From the NCBI GenBank assembly GCA_002189035.1, contig NEEC01000013.1, positions 310,001 to 374,000 of the forward strand: a stretch of DNA of 64,000 nucleotides, written 5' to 3'. Under the pieces are notes generated by a model that did not search any database, was not told where the DNA came from, and saw only the letters and a program-made list of their open reading frames with translations. Of this stretch, positions 1-14,689 are shown one piece after another. The DNA is from Utricularia gibba. Lineage: Eukaryota; Plantae; Magnoliophyta. Numbering within the stretch: position 1 is the first letter of the stretch; every line of letters starts with the position of its first letter. The translations under genes and the position numbers were made by a program.

Positions 1-2205
1 AAATCTAAAAAGAGAAAAAAAAAAGATTTTAGATAAGATAGAGAAAAGAGAAAAATATCTCTACTTTGAACAACATGCAAGGGATTGGCAAGAAGTGTTC
101 TTGAAGAAAAAAAATTGCAGACCACAAAGAAGATAAAAGAGTAAGAATTAAGTTGATCTTTTGAGAACTTATTCTATTCAGGAACACTACTCTTAATTTA
201 GAGTAGATTGCAAATTTTTTAGGATTTCGCATGAAATTATTTACATTCCTGTTGCTATTTATATTCTTTCTTCAATCAAATTGAGATTAGAACATGTTAT
301 GGATGATGTTTTATGTACTAATCCTATTTTTCTTTATTATGAGTAACTAAACATCAAGTGGTGCTGTTGCATGTTGTTTTCTCAATAAATTTTAAATATA
401 TAAAATGTAGAACACAAAAGAGCGTAGTATGAGTATCGATCTCAGAGAGTTGAGTTTTGCGAAAAGTATTTTGTAAAAAACTTTCACAAATTGTCACGGA
501 TTTGTAAAAGGGGGTTTTTGGAATGTATAAATAAAAGTTACAACCTAAGTGATGAACTTTGACTACGGTACACAGTTTTTGAGAATGAGATTTCGCTTCT
601 TTTATCTATCCTCACCTCAGTTTTTATTGATTCCTTCTGAATAGCTCGTTATAGAAGCAAGGAATAGCCTACTCTCCCTTACACTCTAATTAATAAGGAG
701 GCATGGAAATAGCTTCAAGTAATTCTCCCTTGCACGATTAAGAAGACAAGAGGATTGCCGTCGATTGCCATCAAAACCGAATTGTGCACATGTGCCCAGC
801 TATTGCCAATGACCAGTGGCAAGCACGAGGTCACTATCTATCCATTGTCGCGGTATCTCGACCACAAACAATTCACTACTTCCCTCGATCCAATAGGGTT
901 GAAGTTGATACTCTTCACCTTGCTCTTCATCAAGACATATGAGGAGTGGCTTGCTACTCATGGACCGTGACTAAGAATCGTTATAGAAAAACTGCAACAA
1001 GATGCATTGAAATATGCAAAATCTGGAGTGAATTCAGCGAAGAACCAAGTTTAGTGCTCAAGACTTGAAAGGAAACTTCACCTACTCGTAGAAACTAAAA
1101 GAGTTTAGCCACAAAGGGCCATGAAAACAGGGACGAAAATGAAGGCTAAGTGTTCTTCCTCTCTTGGAGGAGAGGAAGAACTCAAAAGTTCTAAGTATAA
1201 AGACAAGTGTGAAAATGTTCAAAAGTCCCTAAAATAAGTGATCCAAGTTGATTTTATATTCACTCCCCACATGTATTAACTTCTTTTTGTCCTCTTCCCA
1301 TCATTCTTTCTGTCTTGGGTGCACCACCAGCTTTACTTTACGTGCAAGTTAGTGCCCAATCATTACTGCAGACTCTGACATGCCGTAAATCAAGGGCCTT
1401 GACTAGCGTTGGTCTTTCATTCACAATTGTTCCAAGTCATGTGCAAGCACGAAAAGTGAGAGTCTGATCTCTTGCAATACTCTACGATTGCCTCCTGATA
1501 TATCTTGGTCAAAGTGCATGAAAAAGATAGAGAAAATATATACAAAATAGGAAAATAGAATTTTTCTAAAAAAATCAATTACTTATCAATATAATTCCTA
1601 ATTGGGCAACTTAACACTAGATTAATACATAATAATACTTAATAATAAACTAGAAAATGACATTTAACAGGTGACTTCAAAGAAGATAAGTATGTTTATT
1701 TTTCATTAAAGCATACTTATCATATAATCACACTATTTACTTAACATATAGATCTAAGAGGAGAAGGTAGTGATATTCATCTTTAAAAATCCTAATTATA
1801 GTTAGACCAAAGATTAGGAGAAAACAAGAATTTAGATAAACTTAAACTTTTTTTGTTAGATGAATGATTTTTAGTTGGAATAGGGTAAAAATAGTAATAA
1901 ACATATTGTCCCTAAAAGTTCCAAACCATCATCTTATTTTATTTTAGATAAATATATGATTGTATTCGTTTATTATTTTACTGTATTTTATCATCAAATT
2001 ACCTTAATCTTAGTTTAAATTTAATCTTTCATCATAATAAAAATATTATGCACTAACTTTCACATGACAAGCATAAAACTCCTCGTGTTTGAGCTAATCT
2101 ACTATGCTCGTATTTTTTGTATGATTGATTGTGAATTAGATTTATAAAATTTATTTGATATGGAAATTTTCATTATATGATGACTTGCGAATTTTTTGTT
2201 TATCA
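1..2205 (+). mobile_element. Athila-like LTR (starts before the window), split by the insertion at 365-1669
   Basis: 1-364 and 1670-2205 align by eye, continuously across the insertion, with the reverse complement of the LTR at 18246-19470. It ends in ...AATTTTTTGTTTATCA at 2205, the same terminus as that LTR. Lineage assignment is inferred from terminal motifs. Confidence 0.65.
365..1669 (-). mobile_element. Solo LTR nested in the Athila-like LTR
   Basis: Termini TGTT...AACA. Flanks are GGTGC (360-364) and GGTGA (1670-1674), a 4/5 TSD match. The host LTR rejoins cleanly when it is removed. The minus strand carries a CTCTGAGATCGATACTCATACT motif resembling Athila/Tat LTR 3' ends. Confidence 0.6.
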
Positions 2206-2640
2206 CTTGCATGAGTCCTTTTCTCTAGAAGGAAAGAACGTAAAACCTTGAGTATTGAATATCCAAAACAGATAATATCATGCAAAACGAGGATAAATTG
2301 TGACATTTGGTATATAAATGTAGACATCAAATTATCAAATAAAAGGATACATGAACCTGTTGATTCCTTTTAAAAATAATAATTGATAACTTAAAAAAGG
2401 ATTTTAAGAGATCCTAAGTTGCTCCTTTAGAGTTTATGTAATATATTAAAAATATTTATATTTTTTCATTGGAAAAAAATCCGTTTCAATACAATCATTT
2501 AAAGGTTGTTTATGATTAGATACATACTTTTTTAAAATAGTTTTGTGATACAAATATTTGAGTTTTTTTATTCAAATTCAATACAAATGTTTGAAAATAT
2601 ATTGTTTTGGTATAAACATTTAATTTTATGTTATTTTTCA

Positions 2641-3086
2641 AACACCAACAAATGGTCGACAGTGCCTCCACCCCATTTTACACGTCCAATCAAATGTAGA
2701 GTCTTTCAAATCTTTAATAACTGTTATTTTAGTCCGAAGATGAGATGATTAGATCAATATTAATTGTAGAATTGCATAGAAGTAATTGTGCATAATAACA
2801 GCCAATTATCAAGTTCTCCATTGTTAGCTTACTATTATAGTACCCAAATACCTTTTTCCAAGCCACATGTGCTTGTATAAAATCCACCCACAAGGATGAT
2901 GTTGTGTTGATGTGGTGCCTCAAATCCTGTAAGGCGATGTCCGATTTACTTGATAACTTATCCTCAAAGAACCTTATTAGATGTTTGGGTTTTAAAAACT
3001 TATTTTCAATTAACTCCCCATCACATGAATTACAGTATTCACCATGATACTTAGACACTTGCCAATCTCGATCTAGATGGGGGACC
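2641..3086 (-). pseudogene. MULE/MuDR transposase remnant, part downstream of the CRM insertion
   Basis: The minus strand reads RFERLYI*LD, then a frameshift, then CKMGWRHCRPFVGV. This matches the MULE FxRLYICxxACKxGxxxCRPxIGxDG block. The upstream ORF 2729-3058 resembles the MuDR linker. Confidence 0.7.
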
Positions 3087-3728
3087 TAATGAGCCCTAGG
3101 AAGATAATGAAGACTACTTAAAGAATGATAAGAATGTTGTGTAAATAAACACATTAGAGACAAAGATCATTCTACCAAGACCAATTACAAGAAGTAAGAG
3201 CAAGATGGTTGAAGCTAACCTCAAGGTTCTACTCAACACTATTGGAATCAACATTGAGCCTGAAGTATTTCCATCAAATGAGTTTAACTATTGGAGTCTA
3301 CATCTACCTTAAAGCCCAAAACATCTCCCCATCCTTCATGTGTGTTCTTGGACTTGTTAGGTTTTTCCTTTTTATTTAGTTTGGGCTTTGTAATGTTGTA
3401 GCCCAATTCTAGAGTATAAATACTCTAGAGATGTATTCTTTGAATTGAAAGATCTTTAGTTCATTTTGATGTATCTTGTGAGGATTTTCCTCTTCTTTGA
3501 CTGCTTGAACACTCTTGACTTATCAAGCTTCGAGCTTGTAGTGTCCTAGGATTATCAATTCCATTTTCTTCTCCTTCTGAAGTGTGGCTCCTTAATTCCT
3601 TTTCTTTTAAAATCTGGTTGCAAGAGATTTATTCTCTTGAGGGTAGACTTTGGTAAGTTCTTTTCTAAGTTTCAAAATCACTTTTTGTTCGTGGGTTGCT
3701 AATTTATTTAGATTAGAGGTTCACATCA
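3087..3728 (+). repeat. 5' LTR of the CRM element
   Basis: Direct repeat of 9174-9810. A hand count gives about 30 mismatches in the first 300 bp, nearly all transitions. Followed by the PBS. Confidence 0.95.
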
Positions 3729-3730
3729 TT

Positions 3731-3742
3731 TGATATCAGAGC
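3731..3742 (+). other. Primer binding site (tRNA-iMet type, one mismatch)
   Basis: TGATATCAGAGC versus canonical TGGTATCAGAGC, 2 nt after the LTR end. Confidence 0.85.
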
Positions 3743-4531
3743 TTTGGGTTCCTTCTCTTTATAAGTATCCTATTTTTCTTCTAGTTCTTCCATTCCTGCT
3801 TATTGAAAAAAAAAAAACAAAAAAAAACATCCTTCTTGGTACGTTTGGCTTTGGCATAAAAAAAAAAAAGAGGTGTACAAGAAGTTCATTGAGTAAGAGG
3901 TCGAAATTGAGTTTCAATTGAATAGCAAGAACACCTTGAATATCAACTTCAAGGGTGTAAAAAGAGAAGGAGTGTGAAGGTGAACATTCATCACCTACCA
4001 ATATCATCCATTATTGTATGTGTTTCTTTGTTACCCATCTCTCTACTTTTTGCATTCCACCAATCAACCACTTTATTGTTGTTTTCCTTATCTTCAATTA
4101 CCATCCCCTGTCATTTACTTGTCCCTATCATGCCATTTGACTATTCTCATGGTTGATTGCCCATTCCTGTATTTCTACAATTTCACAAGCAATCTATTTC
4201 GTGTTTTGTACTCATTCCTCTGATTTCATCTGTTCTTACCTTGTTGTTCCATCCCTCCTATTTATCTACTGCAACAAGCAACCAACTTAATTCAATCAAT
4301 CCCCCTTTGTCTCCATCTTGAGACAATTAACACTGCCACCCTCACCTAACCCCATCATAACACCATAATCAATACCAATTTGGAAGTGATTAGTTCTTGA
4401 GGTGCCATGAGATCAAGCATGATGATGTTAAACCTTGAGGATTGAGTGGTAAACCTTGTGTGTGTTTCTTTGTTCTTTCACTTTATTCTTTTTTCTTCCT
4501 TGCTGCTCGTTTCTTTTGTCTTGTGTTTAGG

Positions 4532-7500
4532 ATGTCAAATTCAAGAAGTGAGCATGAGAAAGACGACTCACAGGATGAGAAGTTTACTTTGAGAGCTATG
4601 CAACAAGAATTTGCAAGATTTGCATCGCATTCTAGAGAATATAAATGTCAGGCTTGATGAACATGAAAAATCTCTACAAAATGTTGTAAGAGCCCAAACA
4701 CGAAAGAATTATGCTACCAGAAGGGGTCGAGGTGTTGAAATGCCTCAACGCATCGACACTGAACATGATTCAGTGATCAAAGAAGTGAAAGGACCGTTAG
4801 AAGAAAAGATCGAATCCTGAATGATGATGAAGAGGATGACTACCTTGAACATGCTGAAAATGATTTTGTACATGAGGATACAAGAAGATTTCGAGATCAA
4901 GGAGGTAGAAGAGAAGGGGGAAGAATTGGAAAGGATGTTAACAACATCAAGATGAAGATACCTCAATTTCAAGGAAAGAATGATGTAGATGCATATCTCC
5001 AATGGGAAACAAGAGTAGAACATGTCTTTGATTGCAACAACTTCTCTAAAGAAAAGAAAGTCAGATTGGCTTCCATGGAATTCAGTGATTATGCTGTAAT
5101 TTGGTGGGATCAATTGGTGACTAAAAGAAGGATTGACTCTAAAGAACCAATTCACACTTGGGCTGAGATGAAAAGAGTTATGAGGAGGCGATTTGTTCCA
5201 AACCATTACCAAAGAGATGTTTATCAACGTTTGCAGAATCTCAAGCAGGGCTTAAGGTTAGTGAAGGAATATTGGCAGGAAATGGAGATCTTGATGATTA
5301 GAGCCAATGTTCATGAAGATAAGGAAGCAACTATGGCTAGGTTCTTTCATGGGATGAATAAGGAGATTGCAAATATTGTGGAGCTTCATCACTACATTGA
5401 GATGGAGGACATGATTCATATGGCCACAAAAGTTGAGAAACAACTCTCTAAGGAGATTTCAACAACAGGGCTCTTGGTTCGAGATTTGGAGGCACCAAGG
5501 AGATGCTCGAGATTTGGAGGCACCAAGGAGATGCTAGAGAGAAATAATGGGAAGTTATCTATGGAAAACTTCAAATTCAACATCCCATCAAGTTCCAAGC
5601 AAGGGGAGCGAACAACACCTCCAAAGGGCACTATAAGGAACATAAAATGTTTAAAGTGCTTGGGGCATGGACATATTGCTTCTGAATGTCCAAATAAATG
5701 AGCAATGGTGATCCGAGGCAATGGAGAAGTGGTTAGTGAAGATGATGATGATCTCGTGGAGACAAAAGCTGAATTGAGTGATGAAGATGAATTGCTTGTT
5801 TCTGGAGAAGTGTTAGTAACTCGAAGGACACTTGACATTAGAGTGAAGGATAATGATGAGCAAAGGGAAAACTTGTTTCAAACATGGTGCTTTGTTAATG
5901 GGAAAGTTTGCAGCCTCATTATTGATGGAGGTAGTTGCAGTAATGTTGCTGGCAACATCTTGGTGGGGAAATTGGGAATGCCAACCGTGAGGCACCCTAA
6001 GCCTTACAATTTGCAGTGGTTCAATGAAGGAAGTGAAGTAAAGGTTACCAAACAAGTGCTTGTGACGTTTTCCATAGGGACATATGAAGATGAAGTCCTA
6101 TGTGATGTTGTCCCTATGCATGCAAGTCATATTCTTCTTGGAAGGCCTTGGGAATATGATAGAAGAGCATTTAATGATGGTTTCAAGAAGAAGTATTCCT
6201 TCCATCATAATGGACATTCCATCACACTTGCTCCATTATCTCCAAAGGAGGCACATGAAGATCAAGTCAGAATCCTTAGTGATGCTAGAGCCCTGCATAA
6301 TGCTAATGGAAAGCCCAAGGAGGTCGTACCTAAGGGAGAAGAGATGAGTGGAGAAGAGCAAAAAGAGAGTGGAGTGAAAATGAGTGAAAAAAAGATTCAA
6401 AAAAGTGGAGAGAAAAGAAGAGATGGAAAGGAATTGAGTGGGAAAAAAGGTGAGAATGAGTGTAAAAGAGAAAGTGGAAACATAAGAGTGTTAGAAATTG
6501 AGAGAAAGAATGAGAGTCTCTTAGCAAGCCCAAGTGAAATTAGACACTCACTTCATGCTAGGCAACCATTCCTTCTACTTATGTGTAAGAATGAAGTTTC
6601 TACTTTCCCTAATAATGCTTCACTCATTCCATCTTGTATTGTATCTCTCTTAGAAGTATATGAAGATGTATTTCTAGAAGAATTTCAAGGATTACCTCTC
6701 ATCAGAGGGATTGAGCACCAAATTGACCTTGTGCCTGGAGCACAGCTCCCAAACCGACCAACATACTGAAACAATCCAGAGGAGACAAAGGAAATACAAA
6801 AGCAAGTTGAGGAATTAATGTCTAGAGGATTTGTGCATGAGAGCATGAGCCCTTGCGCTGTGCCGATGTTATTGGTTCCTAAGACTGATGGAACTTGACG
6901 GATGTGCACTGATTGTTGCGCCATCAACAACATCACAATCAAGTATAGACATCCTATCCCTAGATTTGAAGATATGCTTGATGAATTGCATGATGCTTGT
7001 GTTTTTAGTAAGATTGATTTTAGAAGTGGATATCATCATATTAGAATAAAGGAAGATGATGAGTGGAAAACTGCTTTTAAAACAAAGTTTGGTTTGTATG
7101 AGTGGGTTTTTATGTCTTTTGGTTTGACTAATGCTCCTAGCACCTTTATGAGATTGATGAATCATGTTCTTAGGCCTTTTCTAGGTAGATTTGTAGTTGT
7201 TTATTTTGATGATATTCTAGTCTATAGCAAGAGTCTTGAGAAACATATAGGGCATTTAAAGGATGTGTTAGATACTCTTAGAAAAGAGAAGTTGTTTGCT
7301 AACATCAAGAAGTGTGTCTTTTGCACAAATAGTGTTTCTTTTCTTGGATATGTTGTAAGTGATGTAGAAGTAGCTGTGGATGAAGAGAAAGTGAGAGCAA
7401 TCAAGGAATGGCCAACACCTAAATCAGTTGGTGAAGTTAGGAGTTTTCATGGTTTAGCAAGTTTCTATAGACGGTTTGTTAAGGACTTCAGCTCTATAGC

Positions 7501-9231
7501 AGCACCCCTCACTCAATTGATCAAGAAAAATCAAGCATTTCATTGGGGAGACGAGCAGGAACATGTCTTCCAACAACTCAAGGATAAGCGTTGCTCAACA
7601 CCTCTCCTAGCATTTTCAAATTTTTCTGATACTTTTGAAATTGAATGTGATGCATCAGGTTTAGGCATTGGTGCTGTATTGATGCAAAATGGATGTCCGC
7701 TTGCTTATTTTAGTGAGAAGCTTCATAGTGCCACCCTCAACTATCCAATGTATGACAAGGAGTTGTATGCATTGGTTAGGGCTTTAGAGACATGGCAGCA
7801 CTATTTGTGGCCTAAGGAGTTCGTCATACACACTGATAATGAGTCCCTCAAACATCTGAAAGGTCAAGGAAAGCTGAATAGAAGACATGCTAAGTGGGTG
7901 GAATTCATTGACACATTCCCATAAGTGATCAAATACAAAAAAGGAAAAGAGAATGTGGTAGCTGATGCTTTATCTCGAAGTTATACTCTTTTAGCCAATC
8001 TTGATGCAAGAATTCTTGGATTTGCTAACATTTGACTTATATGCTCATGATCACGATTTTGGAGACATTTATAAGACATGTGAACTTGCTCTATCTGGAC
8101 TATTCTTCAGGAAAGATGGTTTTCTTTATAGGAAAGGTAGGTTGTGCATTCCTTGTTGTTCCATACGTGATTTGATTGTTAGAGAAGCTCATGGTGGTGG
8201 ATTAATGGAATATTTTGGTATCAAGAAGACTCTTGATAATCTCAACCAACATTTCTTTTGGCCACACATGAGAAGGGATGCTGAAAGAATTTGTGATAAA
8301 TGTATCCCTTGTAGGAAGGCTAAATCAACCAATGCCCCTAATGGTTTGTATACTCCACTCCCTACTCCTTCCCAACCATGGGTGGACATTTCTATGGACT
8401 TTGTTTTAGGCTTACCTCATACCCAAAGGGGTAGAGATTCAAGTTTTGTTGTTGTGGATAGATTTTCAAAAATGGCACACTTTATCCCTTGTCTCAAAAC
8501 TGATGATGCATCTCATGTGGCTGATTTCTTCTTTAGGGAAGTTGCTAGACTTCATGGTATGCCCCTCATTATTGTCTCTGATCGAGATGCAAGATTTCTC
8601 ATTCACTTTTGGAGAGTTCTTTGAAGTAAACTTGGAACTAAGCTGTTGTATTCAACAACATGTCACCCTCAAACAGAGGGACAAACTGAGGTAACAAATC
8701 GCACGTTTTCTACCTTACTTAGGATTATGATTAAATCAAATCTTAAGACATGGGAGGAATGTTTGCCACTTGTTGAGTTCACTTACAACAGAACCATGCA
8801 TCTCACTACTAAATTATCTCCATTTGAAGTGATTTACGGCTTTAATCCTCTTACACCTTTGGATATGTTACCTTTGCCTTGTGATGAGAAACGGGAAGAA
8901 ATGGGCTGAAGCAATCAGAAAATTGCATGAGAAGGTGAAACAACAGATTGAATCCAACAATAGAAAGTATGCATCAGTAGCAAACAAGGGGAGACGCAAA
9001 GTTGTATTTGAACCTGAAGATTGGGCTTGGCTTCATTTCAGGAAAGAGAGATTTCCCACCAAGAGGAAGTCAAAACTCCTACCTCGTGGAGATGGCCCTT
9101 TCCAAGTTGTTGATTTGTCTCTTTTCCAAATGGATACAGATTTAGGGACGAATCTTCATAAAGAAGGGGGAGATGATGTGCCCCAAGAAGATAATGAAGA
9201 GTATTTAAAGAATAATGAGAATGTTATATAA
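4532..9231 (+). pseudogene. CRM gag-pol, disrupted
   Basis: Contains gag, the Zn knuckle CLKCLGHGHIASEC, protease LIIDGGSC, RT (YFDDIL), RNase H (IECDASG) and integrase ([18 protein letters not shown]). In-frame stops near 5699, 6767, 6896 and 7922, plus frameshifts. Confidence 0.92.
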
Positions 9232-9810
9232 GTGAACACATTAGAGACAAAGATCATTTCATCAAGACTAATTATAAGAAGTAAGAGCAAGATGGTCGAA
9301 GCTAACCTCAAGGCTTTATTCAACACTATTGGAATCAACATTGGGCCTGAAATATTTCCATCAAATGAGTTCAACTATTGGAGTTTACATCTACCTTAAA
9401 GCCCAAAACATCTCCTCATCCTTCATGTGTATTCTTGGACTTGTTAGGCTTTTTCTTTTTATTTAGTTTGGACTTTGTAATGTTGTAGCCCAATTCTAGA
9501 GTATAAATACTCTAGAGATGTACTTTTTGAAGGATCTTTAGTTCATTTTGATGTATCTTGTGAGGATTTCCCTCTTCTTTGAGTGCTTGAACACTCTTGA
9601 CTTATCAAGTTTCGAGGTTGTGGTGTCCTAGGATTATCATTTCCATTTACTTCTCCTTTTGAAGTGTGGCTCCTTAATTCCTTTTCTTTTAAAGTTTGGT
9701 TGCAAGAGATTCATTATTTTGAGGGTAGACTTTGATAAGTTCCTTTCTAAGTTTCAAAATCACTTCTTGTTCGTGGGCTACTAATCTCTTTAGATTAGAG
9801 GGTCACATCA
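9174..9810 (+). repeat. 3' LTR of the CRM element
   Basis: TGATG...CATCA termini, preceded by the PPT and followed by TSD GGACC. Confidence 0.95.
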
Positions 9811-9950
9811 GGACCTAAGATGGTTAAAGCCCAACTATATCTTTCATCCTAACCATCTTCACACACAACACACATGTATCTCTTATCATTCCTCTTAAAT
9901 TTCTACTAAATCAGTTCCAGAACACAATAAGCAATGATGGTATCCCATGT
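9811..9950 (-). pseudogene. MULE transposase remnant, part upstream of the CRM insertion
   Basis: The minus strand reads KFKRNDKRYMCVVCEDG. It joins across the TSD, with one frameshift, to HLDRDWQVSKYHGEYC, resembling the MuDR N-terminal Zn region. Confidence 0.5.
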
Positions 9951-10984
9951 CGCTATTTTGCTACCAAATAATATCTTTTCCCTACATGTTAAGAAATAAA
10001 CTTTTATGAATAAGAAATAACAACCTCAAAGAAATACACATTGAAACCAATTCATATGCATTATAAGTAAACTTATAAGAATTATAAACATAATACATAA
10101 TAATTACATCTAGAAGTTAAACACAAAGAATTATTAATACTCGAAGAAATAATTAGAAGTTAATCCCTAACTATTATTAATATAACAAAATAGTTTAGGG
10201 ATTACCTAAGATTTAATCTCTTTCACCCTTGTTTCAAGTTATAATATACAACCTCTTCATTATCTAAACAAAATGTTTGCCCTTTTTTCATTATCTATTA
10301 ATTGAATGCATATTATAGATTTTTTTTACATCTTAGCCCCACACGATAAAAAGTTGTATGTGATTATTTTTTTAATTACTTAATAGATTGGAATGTTGAT
10401 ATATACAATTACTCTTGAAAATTATTTTGTAAATACTAGAATTATGGAGTTGATACTTAATTGATTTGGTACTAGTTCATTGATTTTAAATGGGAAATAT
10501 ATTCACATGAAATGTTCTATAGATATTTTAATCAATTGTGCAAGATGAAAGTATAGCTTATTGAGCCAAGAGGGCAAGAAGAAAGAAGAAATTTGAAAAT
10601 ATATCTCATCAACCTTAAGTTTGACATCCAAAACATTATTCTTAATGCCAAAACTTGATGGAACTTAATATTGTTTAAAATGCTGTAGTTTATAATATTA
10701 TTTATAAATTGGAACAAAAAAAATCACAATATAAGGTTACTTTGTCATAAAGTGATTAATTGAATGTATGCAAGATTTGTGAAAAATTAAAGGTTTTATA
10801 TGAGACTATCAAGTTATTTGAAGTAGCAAATATCTCATTTTATATATTTTTATAAATATATATCTCATTTTATATGCATTGCAATTTAAATATATTTTAA
10901 TTATTGTTAAATTGATTCTAGATACAAGATATCCAGTAACGTGATGACGAGGTACGTGCCATTGAAGATCCAAAAAATTAAGTT

Positions 10985-11210
10985 TATGAATACAATTTAT
11001 GGTGATTTGTTTGATCCTAACTATAATGCCTAGTTTTATGAAGAAAAATGTGGTACTTATGTTGCTTCAATTGTGAAATCAAAGAAATATGCATGCAATC
11101 TTATACTCAATTTAAAAGAGATAACATCTTTAGTTGTGAATGCTCTCGAATATTAAAAGTCTAATGGAATGACATGTCGATCCTTTCAAGTAGTTATTTG
11201 TTATTTTAGT
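10985..11210 (+). pseudogene. Possible SWIM zinc-finger relic (FAR1/MULE-like)
   Basis: Reads FSCECSRILK, frameshift, SNGMTCRS, resembling CxC...GxxCxH. Heavily decayed. Confidence 0.35.
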
Positions 11211-11643
11211 TGCATCTGTAGATTCAAAATTAATTTTTAATACAAATAATCAGATTATCAATCCACATCATAACATGCTGACTTGTATCCTACTAATAAT
11301 TTGTTTACAAAGCAGGTTATACAGATTTAGATGAAAGTTTGATTTGGACGTGAGATGTAATCAAATGTATCCAAATCCAGCCCATCGACATGGGCGGATG
11401 GAGGTGTCAACGGTTGACTTGTTCAAACCAACTGTTACTGTACAAATTGTAGCATCAACGGAAAGGCAGTGGTTGCCAAGAGCCTGCATCGTTACGGTCT
11501 TCTGCTTCAGCCATTTTATAGTCTTAGACTACCCCAATCCAAGGTATGTTTTTTTATCGAGAATTTAGGCCAGAGCCTTGTTGAAGCGAGTGGAATCCGG
11601 AGGAGGGGTCATCGGCTTTCAGTTGTTAAGGGGTCGGATTTAA

Positions 11644-14597
<2,954 letters not shown>

Positions 14598-14689
14598 ATT
14601 TTCGGGTGTTGTTGCTTTTGTTGAGATGCAGAAGAGCACGTCCTCAACTGCTGACTACAGTGTTTATTTGATTTGCAACTAAGGTATGG

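Larger units (their letters stand above)
3087..9810 (+). mobile_element. Full-length degenerate Ty3/gypsy chromovirus, CRM (centromeric retrotransposon) clade
   Basis: LTRs at 3087-3728 and 9174-9810 with T(A/G)ATG...CATCA termini. Perfect 5-bp TSD GGACC at 3082-3086 and 9811-9815. PBS TGATATCAGAGC at 3731-3742 and PPT GAAGGGGGAGA before 9174. Gag IPQFQGKNDVDAYLQWE is CRM-type, and the domain order is gag-PR-RT-RH-INT. Confidence 0.95.

Noticed and set aside
755-970. 71-aa ORF as a possible small gene
   Set aside because: It has a TTG start, lies inside the solo LTR 365-1669, and shows no motif.
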